Shown here: positions 25,873 to 35,026 of the stretch, piece after piece | Layout of the letters: each line of letters begins with the position of its first letter | Position numbering within the stretch: the first letter of the stretch is position 1 | Origin: Raja brachyura | Taxonomy: Eukaryota | Assembly: GCA_963514005.1 (NCBI GenBank) | Contig: OY740786.1 | Coordinates: 50,096,001-50,160,000, forward strand | DNA length: 64,000 nt | Reading direction: 5' to 3' | Made by a program: the position numbers and the translations under genes | The notes under the pieces: model-generated | The model's database searches: none | The model's input: only the letters and a program-made list of their open reading frames with translations | Told to the model about the DNA's origin: nothing

Positions 25873-28800
25873 TTAAACAGAATCGCCATAACGAACAGGT
25901 GGCTTGCTGATCCGGCCCGAGCGCGTACGGATGCCTCCCCCTTCCCCCGGAGGAGCAGAAAAAACAGGGGGACCCGAGACAGCAGGGGAACCAGGGAAGG
26001 GCGGTGGGGTTGGAGGAACAGCGGAGGGAGAACCGCGACTGCCAACAGGTGACCCGCGCAGAGGGGAACCGGGCGCTCGATATGGGGACCGAGGCATGCA
26101 GGGAACGCTGGCTGGGACAGGAGCCGGCTGCTGGTATGAGAGCGGCGGGGCATAGGGGCCCGGGGCCTGCGGCTTCGGCTCATTAACCGCAAGCAGGTGT
26201 TGTCGGCTTCTACGGTAGATGGTTCCCTCATAGTCGACCAGATACGAACGAGGTGAGTCGGCCACCCCAACCACAGTAGCCAGACGGGAGTGACCACTGG
26301 CGGTTTGCAATCGAACAACCTGTCCAGGCAACAGAGGATCGAGTGGTCTGCACGACCGATCGTGGGAACGCCGCTGGCTGTCATGTTTCTCTTGAATGCG
26401 CCTCTGCACAGAGGCAGGCTCCAGCGCCCGAGGTTTCAGCTGGCGCTGGGCAATCGGGATGGTAGATCTGGTTGTTCTGGACATCAGACGCTGAGCAGGG
26501 GACCCCATGGCCGGATCTCTGGAAACATTCCTGAGGTTCAGGAGATCCAAATACAAATCAGAGTTAGACAGTCTCGCTTGTTCCATCAGAAGCTTGGCGC
26601 TGCGGACGGCCCGTTCAGCAAGGCCGTTGCTCTGTGGGTACTCCGGGCTGCTGGTGAAATGCACAAAATTCCATTTGTCAGCAAAACTTTTGAACTCACG
26701 GCTGGTAAACTGCCTGCCATTGTCAGTCTGCAGCCTGACAGGGGACCCAAACGTGGAGAAGTGTTTCCGCAGCTTCCGGATCACCATCTCCGACGTGAGG
26801 GATGTCAGCAAATCCACCTCGAACCAGTTTGAGTACGAGTCGACCAGGACAAGGTAGTGGTTACCACGCCACTCGAAGATGTCGGCAGCCAGCGAGGACC
26901 AGGCCAAGGCAGGAGCGGGCTGTTGCAGCAGGGGCTGTCGCTGCTGATGTGGAGCAAGACTGTTGCACGTGGAGCAGGCAGAAACACGGTCTCGAATATA
27001 TTTGGCCATTCCAGGCCAGTAGAATTGGCACTGAGCATGGGCGAGTGTTGCATCGACCCCGGGGTGTCCGCTGTGGGCTGCGCAGTAGTAAGAATCGAAC
27101 AGGGAGGACGGGACCACCACTTTATGTCCCTTAACGATAACGCCATTCTGGAGCACCAGTTCGTCACGGACCAGGAAGAAGGGCTGTGTTTCAGGCGGTG
27201 CAGCGGAGCGCTTTGTTGGCCACCCTGATTTAATCACAGACGCAAGCCGTTGCCAAACTGGATCGGCAGCGGTGTGCTCGGCCAAAAGCTGCAGCTGCTT
27301 GGTGGGAATAAAATTGACGCCCAGTACGAGCAAGTCCTCTGTTTCGTAGGGGTGGCGAGCACAGGAGGCCCGCGGGGCGCGCGATAACGTGTCCGCGATG
27401 TGCATCTCGGTGCCTTTCTTGTAGACGATGTCGAAATCAAAGCGCTGGAGCTGCAGCATCATACGCTGCAGCCTGGCAGGGGCAGCATGAATCGGCTTGT
27501 TCAGGATTGTCACCAGTGGCTGGTGGTCGGTTTCGACTGTAAATCTGCTGCCAAACAGGAAGTCTCTGAACTTGGAGCAGGCAAACACCACCGCAAGCAG
27601 CTCCTTCTCGATCTGAGCGTACCGCTGCTCGGTGTCCGTCATGGTGCGGGAGGCATAGGAGACAGGATGTAACGATCCATCGACAGATTGGAGGCATGCC
27701 GCGCCCAGGCCGAACTTAGAAGCGTCACATGTGACGGTGATGGGGCGACTCGCATCAAAAAATCGCAACGTCGGAGTGTTAATCAGTTTCGACTTGAGAC
27801 AGTCAAACGCCTGCTGGTGCTGTGGGAGCCAGACCCAGGCGATATCCTTTTTTGTCAGCTGCCGCAGGGGAGCACTCAGCTCACTGAGATGTGGTACAAA
27901 CTTCCCAAGGTAGTTCACCATGCCCAAGAAACGTTGTAGACCTGGCACGTCGGTGGGGGCTGCCATCTCAGAGATGGCCGCTGCCTTCAAAGGGTCGGGT
28001 TTTAGTCCGTTAGAGGTGAAAACGTGTCCAACATACGTGACTTCTGAGACACGAAACCGGCACTTCTTTGGGTTCAGCTTCAGGTTGGCCTTTCGCGCCC
28101 GATCCAGGACGCGGCGGAGGTTCTGGTCATGTTCGGCAATGTCCTTCCCATAGACTAAGATGTCATCCACGATGATGGCACATGGCAAGCCCGAGAATAT
28201 CTGCTCCATCGTTCGCTGGAACACCTCACTAGCGGAATTGATGCCGAATGGCATTCGCAGGAATTTGAATCTGCCGAATGGTGTGGCGAAGGTTGTCAGG
28301 TCGGAAGATGCTTTGTCCAACGGGATCTGCCAGAACGAGTTCTTAGCGTCTAGGACCGAAAAGACGGTGGCTTGCCCGACCTGAGCCGCCACGTCCTCAA
28401 CAGACCGCATGGGGTAGTGTGGTCGCCTGATGGCAAGGTTTAAGTCCTTGGGGTTGATACACACACGTATTTCATTCTTGTCTTTCTTTATCGTGGCAAC
28501 CATGGTGGAGACCCAATCGGTGGGCTCGCTGACCGCTTCTAGCACCCCCTTGTCAACCATGTTGTTAAGCATCGCCTCGACCCCGTCTTTCATGGCGGGG
28601 GACACCCTGTGAGGTGCGCGGACCACGGGTTGTACATTTGGGTCAATGGAAATATGGTATGTCAGTGGTAACTTTCCCAGGTCATCGTTGAACAGGTCCT
28701 GGTATTCTGCAATCGGGTTAAATGACAGTTGCACTTTGTGGACCGTGTGGTCGAAGGACACCAGGCCAAGATCTTGGCACGCACGGTTTCCCAGCAGGGT

Positions 28801-30024
28801 AACACAGTCAGAGTTCAAAACATAAAAAATCAAGTTTCTCGTGGCCTTCTGTAGCCTGCAAGTTAAAGTGGCCCTCCCCACAGGCCTGAGAATTTCTCCA
28901 CCATAGGCATGCAGTGTAGCATTGTCAGCGACCAAGGCCTCATTAGTCCTTATCTTGTTGAAAAGATTTATTGACAAAACATTGACCTTTGCCCCAGTAT
29001 CTAACTTCGCAAGGAAGGTTACATTGTTGACAGTCACAGACACGGAGGGATCAAGACGTTGGCCAGGTGCCTGGAGGAGGGTAAACACATTCGAATCCTC
29101 GGGAGAATTAATTGGATCTGCATCATAGGATTCAGCAACATCGGGCTGTGGGTTGGAACAGCTATCAGATTGTTTAAGCATGTTTAGACTGGGTCTGGAA
29201 ATCTGTACCTGTCTCCCACGAGAACGGAATGAGCGGCAGGCAGAAGCGAAATGATTCAGTTTGTTACAAAAATTACAAGCCTTGCCATAGGCAGGGCACG
29301 TCGACCGTCTGTGGTGCATGTAGTTACAGTTAGGGCACCTTTTTGGGGGCACATCAGCAGGACCAGGGTTGGCACGCGGCAGAAAAGCATTGTTTCCCCT
29401 CTGAGGCGGGGCTCTACTAAATCCAGCCTGGTGAACAGACTTATCTCCCAAGTCCCGGTGATCATCTGGCAATACAACGACCTCAGACAATCTGCAGGCA
29501 TGCATGGCTTTTTCTAACGTTAGATCCGGATCCCTAAGAAGCTCACATCGCAGCTTCTGGTCACGCATGCCAGTTACTAAAATGTCTCTAGTGAGCTGGT
29601 CTGTCATGTCACCGAAACGGCACCGCTGGGCGAGATAACGCAAATCGGCAATAAAACATTCAGCATGTTCCTCCGGCAGCTGTCTCCTTGTAAAGAACCG
29701 TGCCCTCTCTAGAATGCGGTTCGAGGGCAGGTCACAAATCTCCCTGAACTTACGTAGCAGGCAAGCAGGGTCACTGGCAGATTCTGCAGGGGTAACCACC
29801 ACGTTGTTGTCGTCCAGGACCGCTGGAGCATAGACGAAAGTTCTGGCTCTCTTCATGGCATCAGGTCCGACAAGGTTGAGTAGGAGGGAGGCTTTGAGGG
29901 AGTCAGGATCATTGCGGTGAGCGACGTTGACAAAGTGGGTGAAATCAATTTCAAACGTAGCCCAGCGCTCAGAAATATCAGCATCAAAGACAAGCTGCGC
30001 GGGCTTTCTGCACGAGGATGCCAT
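25873..30024 (-). CDS. Gag-Pol polyprotein (Gag with two Cys/His knuckles, protease, RT, RNase H, integrase)
   Basis: Open frame 25873-30096, first ATG at 30024 (MASSCRK). Motifs CPNC..H..C, CNFCNKLNHFASAC, LDTGA, RMPFG, IVDD, TCDAS, AHSGH..CSTC, ADIF/TDNG/NGLAER and C-terminal TRSGR..KPP. Confidence 0.95.
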   Translation of the reverse strand: MASSCRKPAQLVFDADISERWATFEIDFTHFVNVAHRNDPDSLKASLLLNLVGPDAMKRARTFVYAPAVLDDNNVVVTPAESASDPACLLRKFREICDLPSNRILERARFFTRRQLPEEHAECFIADLRYLAQRCRFGDMTDQLTRDILVTGMRDQKLRCELLRDPDLTLEKAMHACRLSEVVVLPDDHRDLGDKSVHQAGFSRAPPQRGNNAFLPRANPGPADVPPKRCPNCNYMHHRRSTCPAYGKACNFCNKLNHFASACRSFRSRGRQVQISRPSLNMLKQSDSCSNPQPDVAESYDADPINSPEDSNVFTLLQAPGQRLDPSVSVTVNNVTFLAKLDTGAKVNVLSINLFNKIRTNEALVADNATLHAYGGEILRPVGRATLTCRLQKATRNLIFYVLNSDCVTLLGNRACQDLGLVSFDHTVHKVQLSFNPIAEYQDLFNDDLGKLPLTYHISIDPNVQPVVRAPHRVSPAMKDGVEAMLNNMVDKGVLEAVSEPTDWVSTMVATIKKDKNEIRVCINPKDLNLAIRRPHYPMRSVEDVAAQVGQATVFSVLDAKNSFWQIPLDKASSDLTTFATPFGRFKFLRMPFGINSASEVFQRTMEQIFSGLPCAIIVDDILVYGKDIAEHDQNLRRVLDRARKANLKLNPKKCRFRVSEVTYVGHVFTSNGLKPDPLKAAAISEMAAPTDVPGLQRFLGMVNYLGKFVPHLSELSAPLRQLTKKDIAWVWLPQHQQAFDCLKSKLINTPTLRFFDASRPITVTCDASKFGLGAACLQSVDGSLHPVSYASRTMTDTEQRYAQIEKELLAVVFACSKFRDFLFGSRFTVETDHQPLVTILNKPIHAAPARLQRMMLQLQRFDFDIVYKKGTEMHIADTLSRAPRASCARHPYETEDLLVLGVNFIPTKQLQLLAEHTAADPVWQRLASVIKSGWPTKRSAAPPETQPFFLVRDELVLQNGVIVKGHKVVVPSSLFDSYYCAAHSGHPGVDATLAHAQCQFYWPGMAKYIRDRVSACSTCNSLAPHQQRQPLLQQPAPALAWSSLAADIFEWRGNHYLVLVDSYSNWFEVDLLTSLTSEMVIRKLRKHFSTFGSPVRLQTDNGRQFTSREFKSFADKWNFVHFTSSPEYPQSNGLAERAVRSAKLLMEQARLSNSDLYLDLLNLRNVSRDPAMGSPAQRLMSRTTRSTIPIAQRQLKPRALEPASVQRRIQEKHDSQRRSHDRSCRPLDPLLPGQVVRLQTASGHSRLATVVGVADSPRSYLVDYEGTIYRRSRQHLLAVNEPKPQAPGPYAPPLSYQQPAPVPASVPCMPRSPYRAPGSPLRGSPVGSRGSPSAVPPTPPPFPGSPAVSGPPVFSAPPGEGGGIRTRSGRISKPPVRYGDSV

Positions 30025-30100
30025 GGTCAGAGAGATAAAGCACAAAAGGCACAAATCAAATAAAAGAAATAAAACCCGATGGGCAGGTAGGCGCAAGTAT

Positions 30101-30118
30101 CTTCCAGCTCCGACACCA
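30101..30118 (-). other. Primer binding site (tRNA-Leu-like)
   Basis: TGGTGTCGGAGCTGGAAG directly after the 5' LTR. It resembles the TGGTGTCAG-type Leu PBS; the tRNA assignment is tentative. Confidence 0.65.
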
Positions 30119-30321
30119 TGTAAATAGGCAATTTACAAACTCTAAAAGTGTTCAACACATTTTAATGATAGCACAAGGTATTACATACATCCTCAAATAC
30201 TGGCTACATTCTTCTAGTGAACCGTATCCAGGAAGGGGAAGGCGTTATGATTGATGTTAACTAGGCGGGGTTAATGGTACTGAGGTAACTATGTTATTGG
30301 TTGCATGCAAAACCATCTACA
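30119..30321 (-). repeat. Gypsy 5' LTR
   Basis: Identical to 25608-25810. Confidence 0.97.
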
Positions 30322-30384
30322 GTCAGGATTAAACCTGAGTCTCTGCCGCTGTAAGGCAGAAACTTCACCATTGTGCCACTGGCC

Positions 30385-30900
30385 GCCCGATATGCTTCTG
30401 AAACCTGAGCTACCTCTAACTGATACAAGACACTGGAAAACCAGTACCAATGTCGTCTTTGCAAATTTTCCAAATTAATTGAAAGGATAAATGAAACAAT
30501 GTCAATGTGCACTCCCAGACCAACATTTCCAACATTGAGGCCCTCATCACACTCAATCAGCTCCACTGGGCAAGCCACATTATTTGCATGACAGTTGTCT
30601 GCGCTCTGTCATTGAAAAGCAGACATAGGAGCAGATTGAATGTGTAGGAATGAACTGCAGATGCTGGTTTAAATCAAAGATAGACACAAAAAGCTGGAGT
30701 AACTCAGTGGGACAGGCAGCTTTTCTGGAGAGAAGGAATGGGTGATGCTTCGGGTCGTGACCCTTAAGAAGATTGAATGATGCTTCGGGTCTCTCTGAAG
30801 AAATACAACACGTAGTGCCCTCTGAGATGTTTTGGACCATGATTCCAATTTGGAATGGTTTTGAAAACCAACATTAGGAGAACACAGAAACCTGCATAAG
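30385..30900 (+). mobile_element. RTE-like LINE fragment (continuation), with a Penelope-end insert at about 30640-30800
   Basis: Decayed YASET..HQxxLxKIxQI..WxGH-like codons. Confidence 0.5.
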
Positions 30901-31109
30901 CAGTGGTAAGGAATATACCCACCTGCCCTTGGGTGCCTTCAGCCCCACTGTAGAAGTGCCTGTGATTCCTATATTGATCTCACCAACCATCACACCCCAC
31001 AAACCCAGACTAGAAGCCTATCATTCACAATCCAGAGAAACTGTTTAAAAATAAATCTCTGTTGTTGGAATTCATGAGCAGTTCAATATAACAAAAGATG
31101 CAACAACAA

Positions 31110-32120
31110 TTATCAGTCAGCTGTTTGAAAAAGACCAGGGTATCGGGGATGTCTTCCAAACCAGGGCATCGGAGATGTCCTCATTCTTTAGGGAATGGGG
31201 GTACCCCTATTCGACTATTGATGAGGCTCTCACCAGGGTCTCTTCTATACCCTGTAACTCTGCTCTCACTCTCCACCTGTAACAAGGGCAGAGTCCCCCT
31301 TGTCCTCACCTTCCACCCTAGTAGCCGTCACATACAACAGATAATCCTCTGACATTTTAGTCACCATTGGCCACATCTTCCCATCTCCTCTCCTTGTGGC
31401 TTTCCGCAGAGACCACTCCCTCCGTAACTCCCTGGTCAATTCGTCCCTTCCCACCCAAACCACCACCTCCCCTGGTACTTTCCCTTGCAACCGCAGGAAA
31501 TGCTACACTTGCCGCTTTACCTCCCCACTTGACTACATCCAAGCACCTAAGCAGTCTTTCCAGGTGCGGCAGAGATTCACCTGCACCTCCTCCAACCTCA
31601 TCTATTGCATCTGCAGCTGAGACTACGCTTGGGCTCATCATTGGTGAGACCAAGCGTAGGCTTGGCGATTGCTTCGCCCAACACCTTTGCTCAGTTCGCA
31701 ATAGCCAACCTGATCTCCCGGTGGCTCAGCACTTCAACTCCCCCTCCCATTCCAAATCCAACCTTACTGTCCTGGGCCTCCTCCATGGCCAGAGTTAGTC
31801 TCACCATTATTTGGAGGAGCAGCACCTCATATTTCACCTGGGTCGTTTACACCCCAGTAGTATGAACATTGACTTCTCCAATTTCAGGTAGTCCTTTCTT
31901 TCTCCCTCTTTCCCCTCCGCTTCCCAGCTCTCCACAGCCCACTGTCTCTGCCTCTTAATTTCTTCTTCCCGCCCCCACCACCCCCATCAGTTTGAAGAAG
32001 GGTCTCGACCCGAAATGTCACCTATTCCTTCACTCCATAGATGCTGCCTCACCCGCTGAATTTCTCCAGCATTTTTATCTACCTTCGATTTTGACAGCAT
32101 CTGCAGTTCCTTCTTAAACT
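31110..32120 (+). mobile_element. Penelope-like element 3' part (GIY-YIG endonuclease remnant plus terminal repeat)
   Basis: RVPLVLTFHP, CNRRKCYTC, FTCTSSNLIYCI, IGETKRRL..QHL, PVAQHFN, followed by TGAAGAAGGGTCTCGACCCGAAATGTC. Confidence 0.9.
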
Positions 32121-34012
32121 GTTTTAGATTTGGATCTGATGTCAGCTTCACTTCAGTGACTACACTACAAAAATAAAGCACTTTGGGAATATCTGATGTC
32201 ATGAGAGGTACTTAGCAAATGCAATCCATTCTTTCTTTCCTTGCTTTCTTAAGCTGTATCAGTACCTGAAACTGTTATGTTGATCTGTAAAAGTACCAAT
32301 TGTCTTTCCAAGAATAGCTTTTTACCAGACTACCTCTCAATGTACAACCAAGTCAATTATTTATCCTACAGCCTTAAGTTTCAATAATGATGGGAAGTCA
32401 GAAACAATATAAGACTACTTATTACCTGGTTATGGTGGCTCATTAATTCCCAGCAAAGTTCATGAACATATCAATACTGTCTTTGTCTGAATGGAACCAG
32501 TATGTCTCAAACTATCAAAGTTACAGGAAAACTGCTGGATAAAGCTAAGCTTGGTCTCATCACAAAATAGATTATTTAAAGCAAACATTCTTGCAAATTC
32601 AAATAGCCCATGGCTTAAATATTGCAGTATCACTAACCTACAAGGAACGCTCACACTGTTCTCTCATGAATTCCCAGTGGGAACTGAGGGAAACTTTATC
32701 TAACTATTATGTATTGACAGAGCCTGCTGTGCCATAACTTAGCAATGCCTAGAAAGGCTTTTAAGAGATATGAGCCACAGTCAGCTAGAATAAGCTCTGA
32801 TAAACATTCAGAAACAATTCAGATTTAAAGCGTCAAACCATTCATTAAAATTGGTGAAAAGATTTAAAAGAACACAAAAAACTTTTGAATACACAGAAGG
32901 AATTTGAAAAATCTATACATTGGCAGGATTTACCAGAGTTCCAAATTATTATTTTGAAATGAAAGTAGATTTGTTCTTGCACCAGCATGGCTTTGTGCAT
33001 GGTAAATAATGTCTCACAATTCTCATCAACGTTTTTTGAAGAGGACAACAGGAGGATTGATGAGGCAAGGGCAGTGGCAGGTTAGCAGAAGATTTTAACT
33101 ACCTCAATGCATATGAGAATAATAAAGCAATAACAAACAAAAACTAACATCATTGTTGGTGATTTAGAACAAATTGTTGGTAATATTTACACCTGGAAAC
33201 ATGAAGCTCTCAACTATCTCCACTTCAGCATTATTGATGCCGATTGGGGCATGTACAACACCACATTTCCTGAACTCAGAAACTAGCTTGTTTATCCTGC
33301 TTGTATTGAGGGAAAGATTGTTGTCCTAACACTATGCTACTATTCTCTCTCTCTCTCTCTCCTTCCCGCCTTGATCATTCACCTTGTCATTGTTCGAGAT
33401 CCAGCGCACCATGGTGTGGTCATTAGCAAACTTGAATGAATGAATGAATGTTTATTGGCTAAGTATATTCACATACAAGGAATTTACCTTGGTGCTCCGC
33501 CCGCAGGTGACAACATGACATACAGTGACCGTTAGGAATGACACAAAAAACATTAAATGTTAATAATAAAATATTATTGATTAAACATGTGAATTAAGTA
33601 AAATACAAGATCATTGTAAATTGAGTTAACGTAGAATTTGGCCACAGAGCCGTGTGTATAGAGAGTATAGTAAGGGGCCGTGAACACATCCTTGTGGGGC
33701 TCTGGCATTGAGAGAAGTATGATGGAGAATGTTTTTTCACCTATTCTTACTGACAGGGCCGGCCTTAAGCCGATTGGACCGATTGCGCCCAATTGGGCCC
33801 CGCGCCTAAGGGGGGCCCCGCACTAATGTTCCGTATTTCGTACGGAAATACAAATTATCCTTGTTAAATGAAGATGGTTTTTTAATTCGCCATCCGGATT
33901 ATTTTTTTAAACGAACATGGATAACAACCGCTTCACAGCCATCAAACACAAACGATTTGTTAACTAGTACTGTTAGCACTTCTTAACAGTAAGTAGTTAA
34001 CAAGTAGTTATA

Positions 34013-34185
34013 CAATGTGTCATCAATGCATAGATCGACATTCCTCAGTAAATGTAATTGTGTTTTGAACAAGTATTAATGACGCCGCATTCCTTTGAAT
34101 AATATTCACGCAGCAGCATTAATACTTGTTCAAAACACAATTACATATACTGAAGAATGTCGATCGATGCATTGATGACACATTG
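34013..34185. repeat. Long inverted repeat (69-bp arms, 35-bp spacer)
   Basis: 34013-34081 versus 34117-34185, about 3 mismatches. Confidence 0.95.
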
Positions 34186-34894
34186 AGAATTTCTTAAAAC
34201 TCACCATCATGATTGAGGGCGAAAAGGGTTTTTTTCTTGGTGTGCAGGTTAGTTGTTCACCTACCGACCCACGTTGTGTCTCTCTGTGTTTCGACTTCTA
34301 CCTCCCTCTCTCACGCATGCTCTCTCACGCTCGCTCTCTTTCGCACTCTCTCTCACTCCCCATCTCATCTCTCTCTAATTCTCCCACTCCCTCTCTCTCA
34401 CCCTGTCACCTCAGCATTCCCAGAATCCTTGACATTTTGCAGAAGACAAAAATGCTGGAAAAACCCAGCGGGTGAGACAGCCGCCTTGCCCGCTGAGTTC
34501 CTCCACCACTCTATGTTTTTTGTATGGCTCTGAAGTTGAAGGTAGCTGAGCGTGATGGGCAGGGGCTCTGGGGAGAGGGTTGCATTTCTGGTCGAGACCC
34601 TTCTTCAGCCAATCACAAATACTCTCACCAACGAGAGTTCAATTCAGTCTGAAGAAGGGTCTTCTCTCCAGATTCGCTGCGCTGCTTGTCCTGCTGAGTT
34701 ACTCCAGCTTTATGTCTATCTTCAATTTCAGAGAAATAAAATTTCTCACGGGGGACTTATAATGTCTACCCCTCCCCCCCTTCTTTCCCAACCTCAGCCT
34801 CACGGACCTTAGCGTACCCCGAGTTCCAAAAACCCATTTCCATAATTGTTCATGATGCACTTATAATGCAGAGATGGGCTTGAAGTGATTCTGT

Positions 34895-35026
34895 GAAACA
34901 AAAAGATAAAGAGCTGGTTTCAGTCCAACAGCAGCCTGAAGCACTTCAGCTTCTTAGCCTTGTGACCAGCCATTTCAAGTTTTGTACTGCTGTAGCACTG
35001 AAATCAGCTCTTTATCTTTTTGTCTC
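34895..35026. repeat. Inverted repeat (about 40-bp arms, 52-bp spacer)
   Basis: ACAAAAAGATAAAGAGCTGGTTTCAGTCCAACAGCAG versus CTGCTGTAGCACTGAAATCAGCTCTTTATCTTTTTGT. Confidence 0.9.

Larger units (their letters stand above)
25608..30321 (-). mobile_element. Full-length Ty3/Gypsy (Mag-like) LTR retrotransposon, 4,714 bp
   Basis: Two identical 203-bp TG..CA LTRs, 5-bp TSD GTCAG (25603-25607 and 30322-30326), PBS, PPT and one uninterrupted gag-pol ORF. Confidence 0.98.
24040..30385 (-). mobile_element. tRNA-derived SINE split into three pieces (24040-24120, 25445-25607, 30322-30385) by later insertions
   Basis: The pieces rejoin into the reverse complement of the SINE at 11906-12220. Confidence 0.8.

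Noticed and set aside
25904-29517. Plus-strand ORFs overlapping the Gypsy element
   Set aside because: They are antisense shadows of a GC-rich coding frame and show no recognisable motifs.
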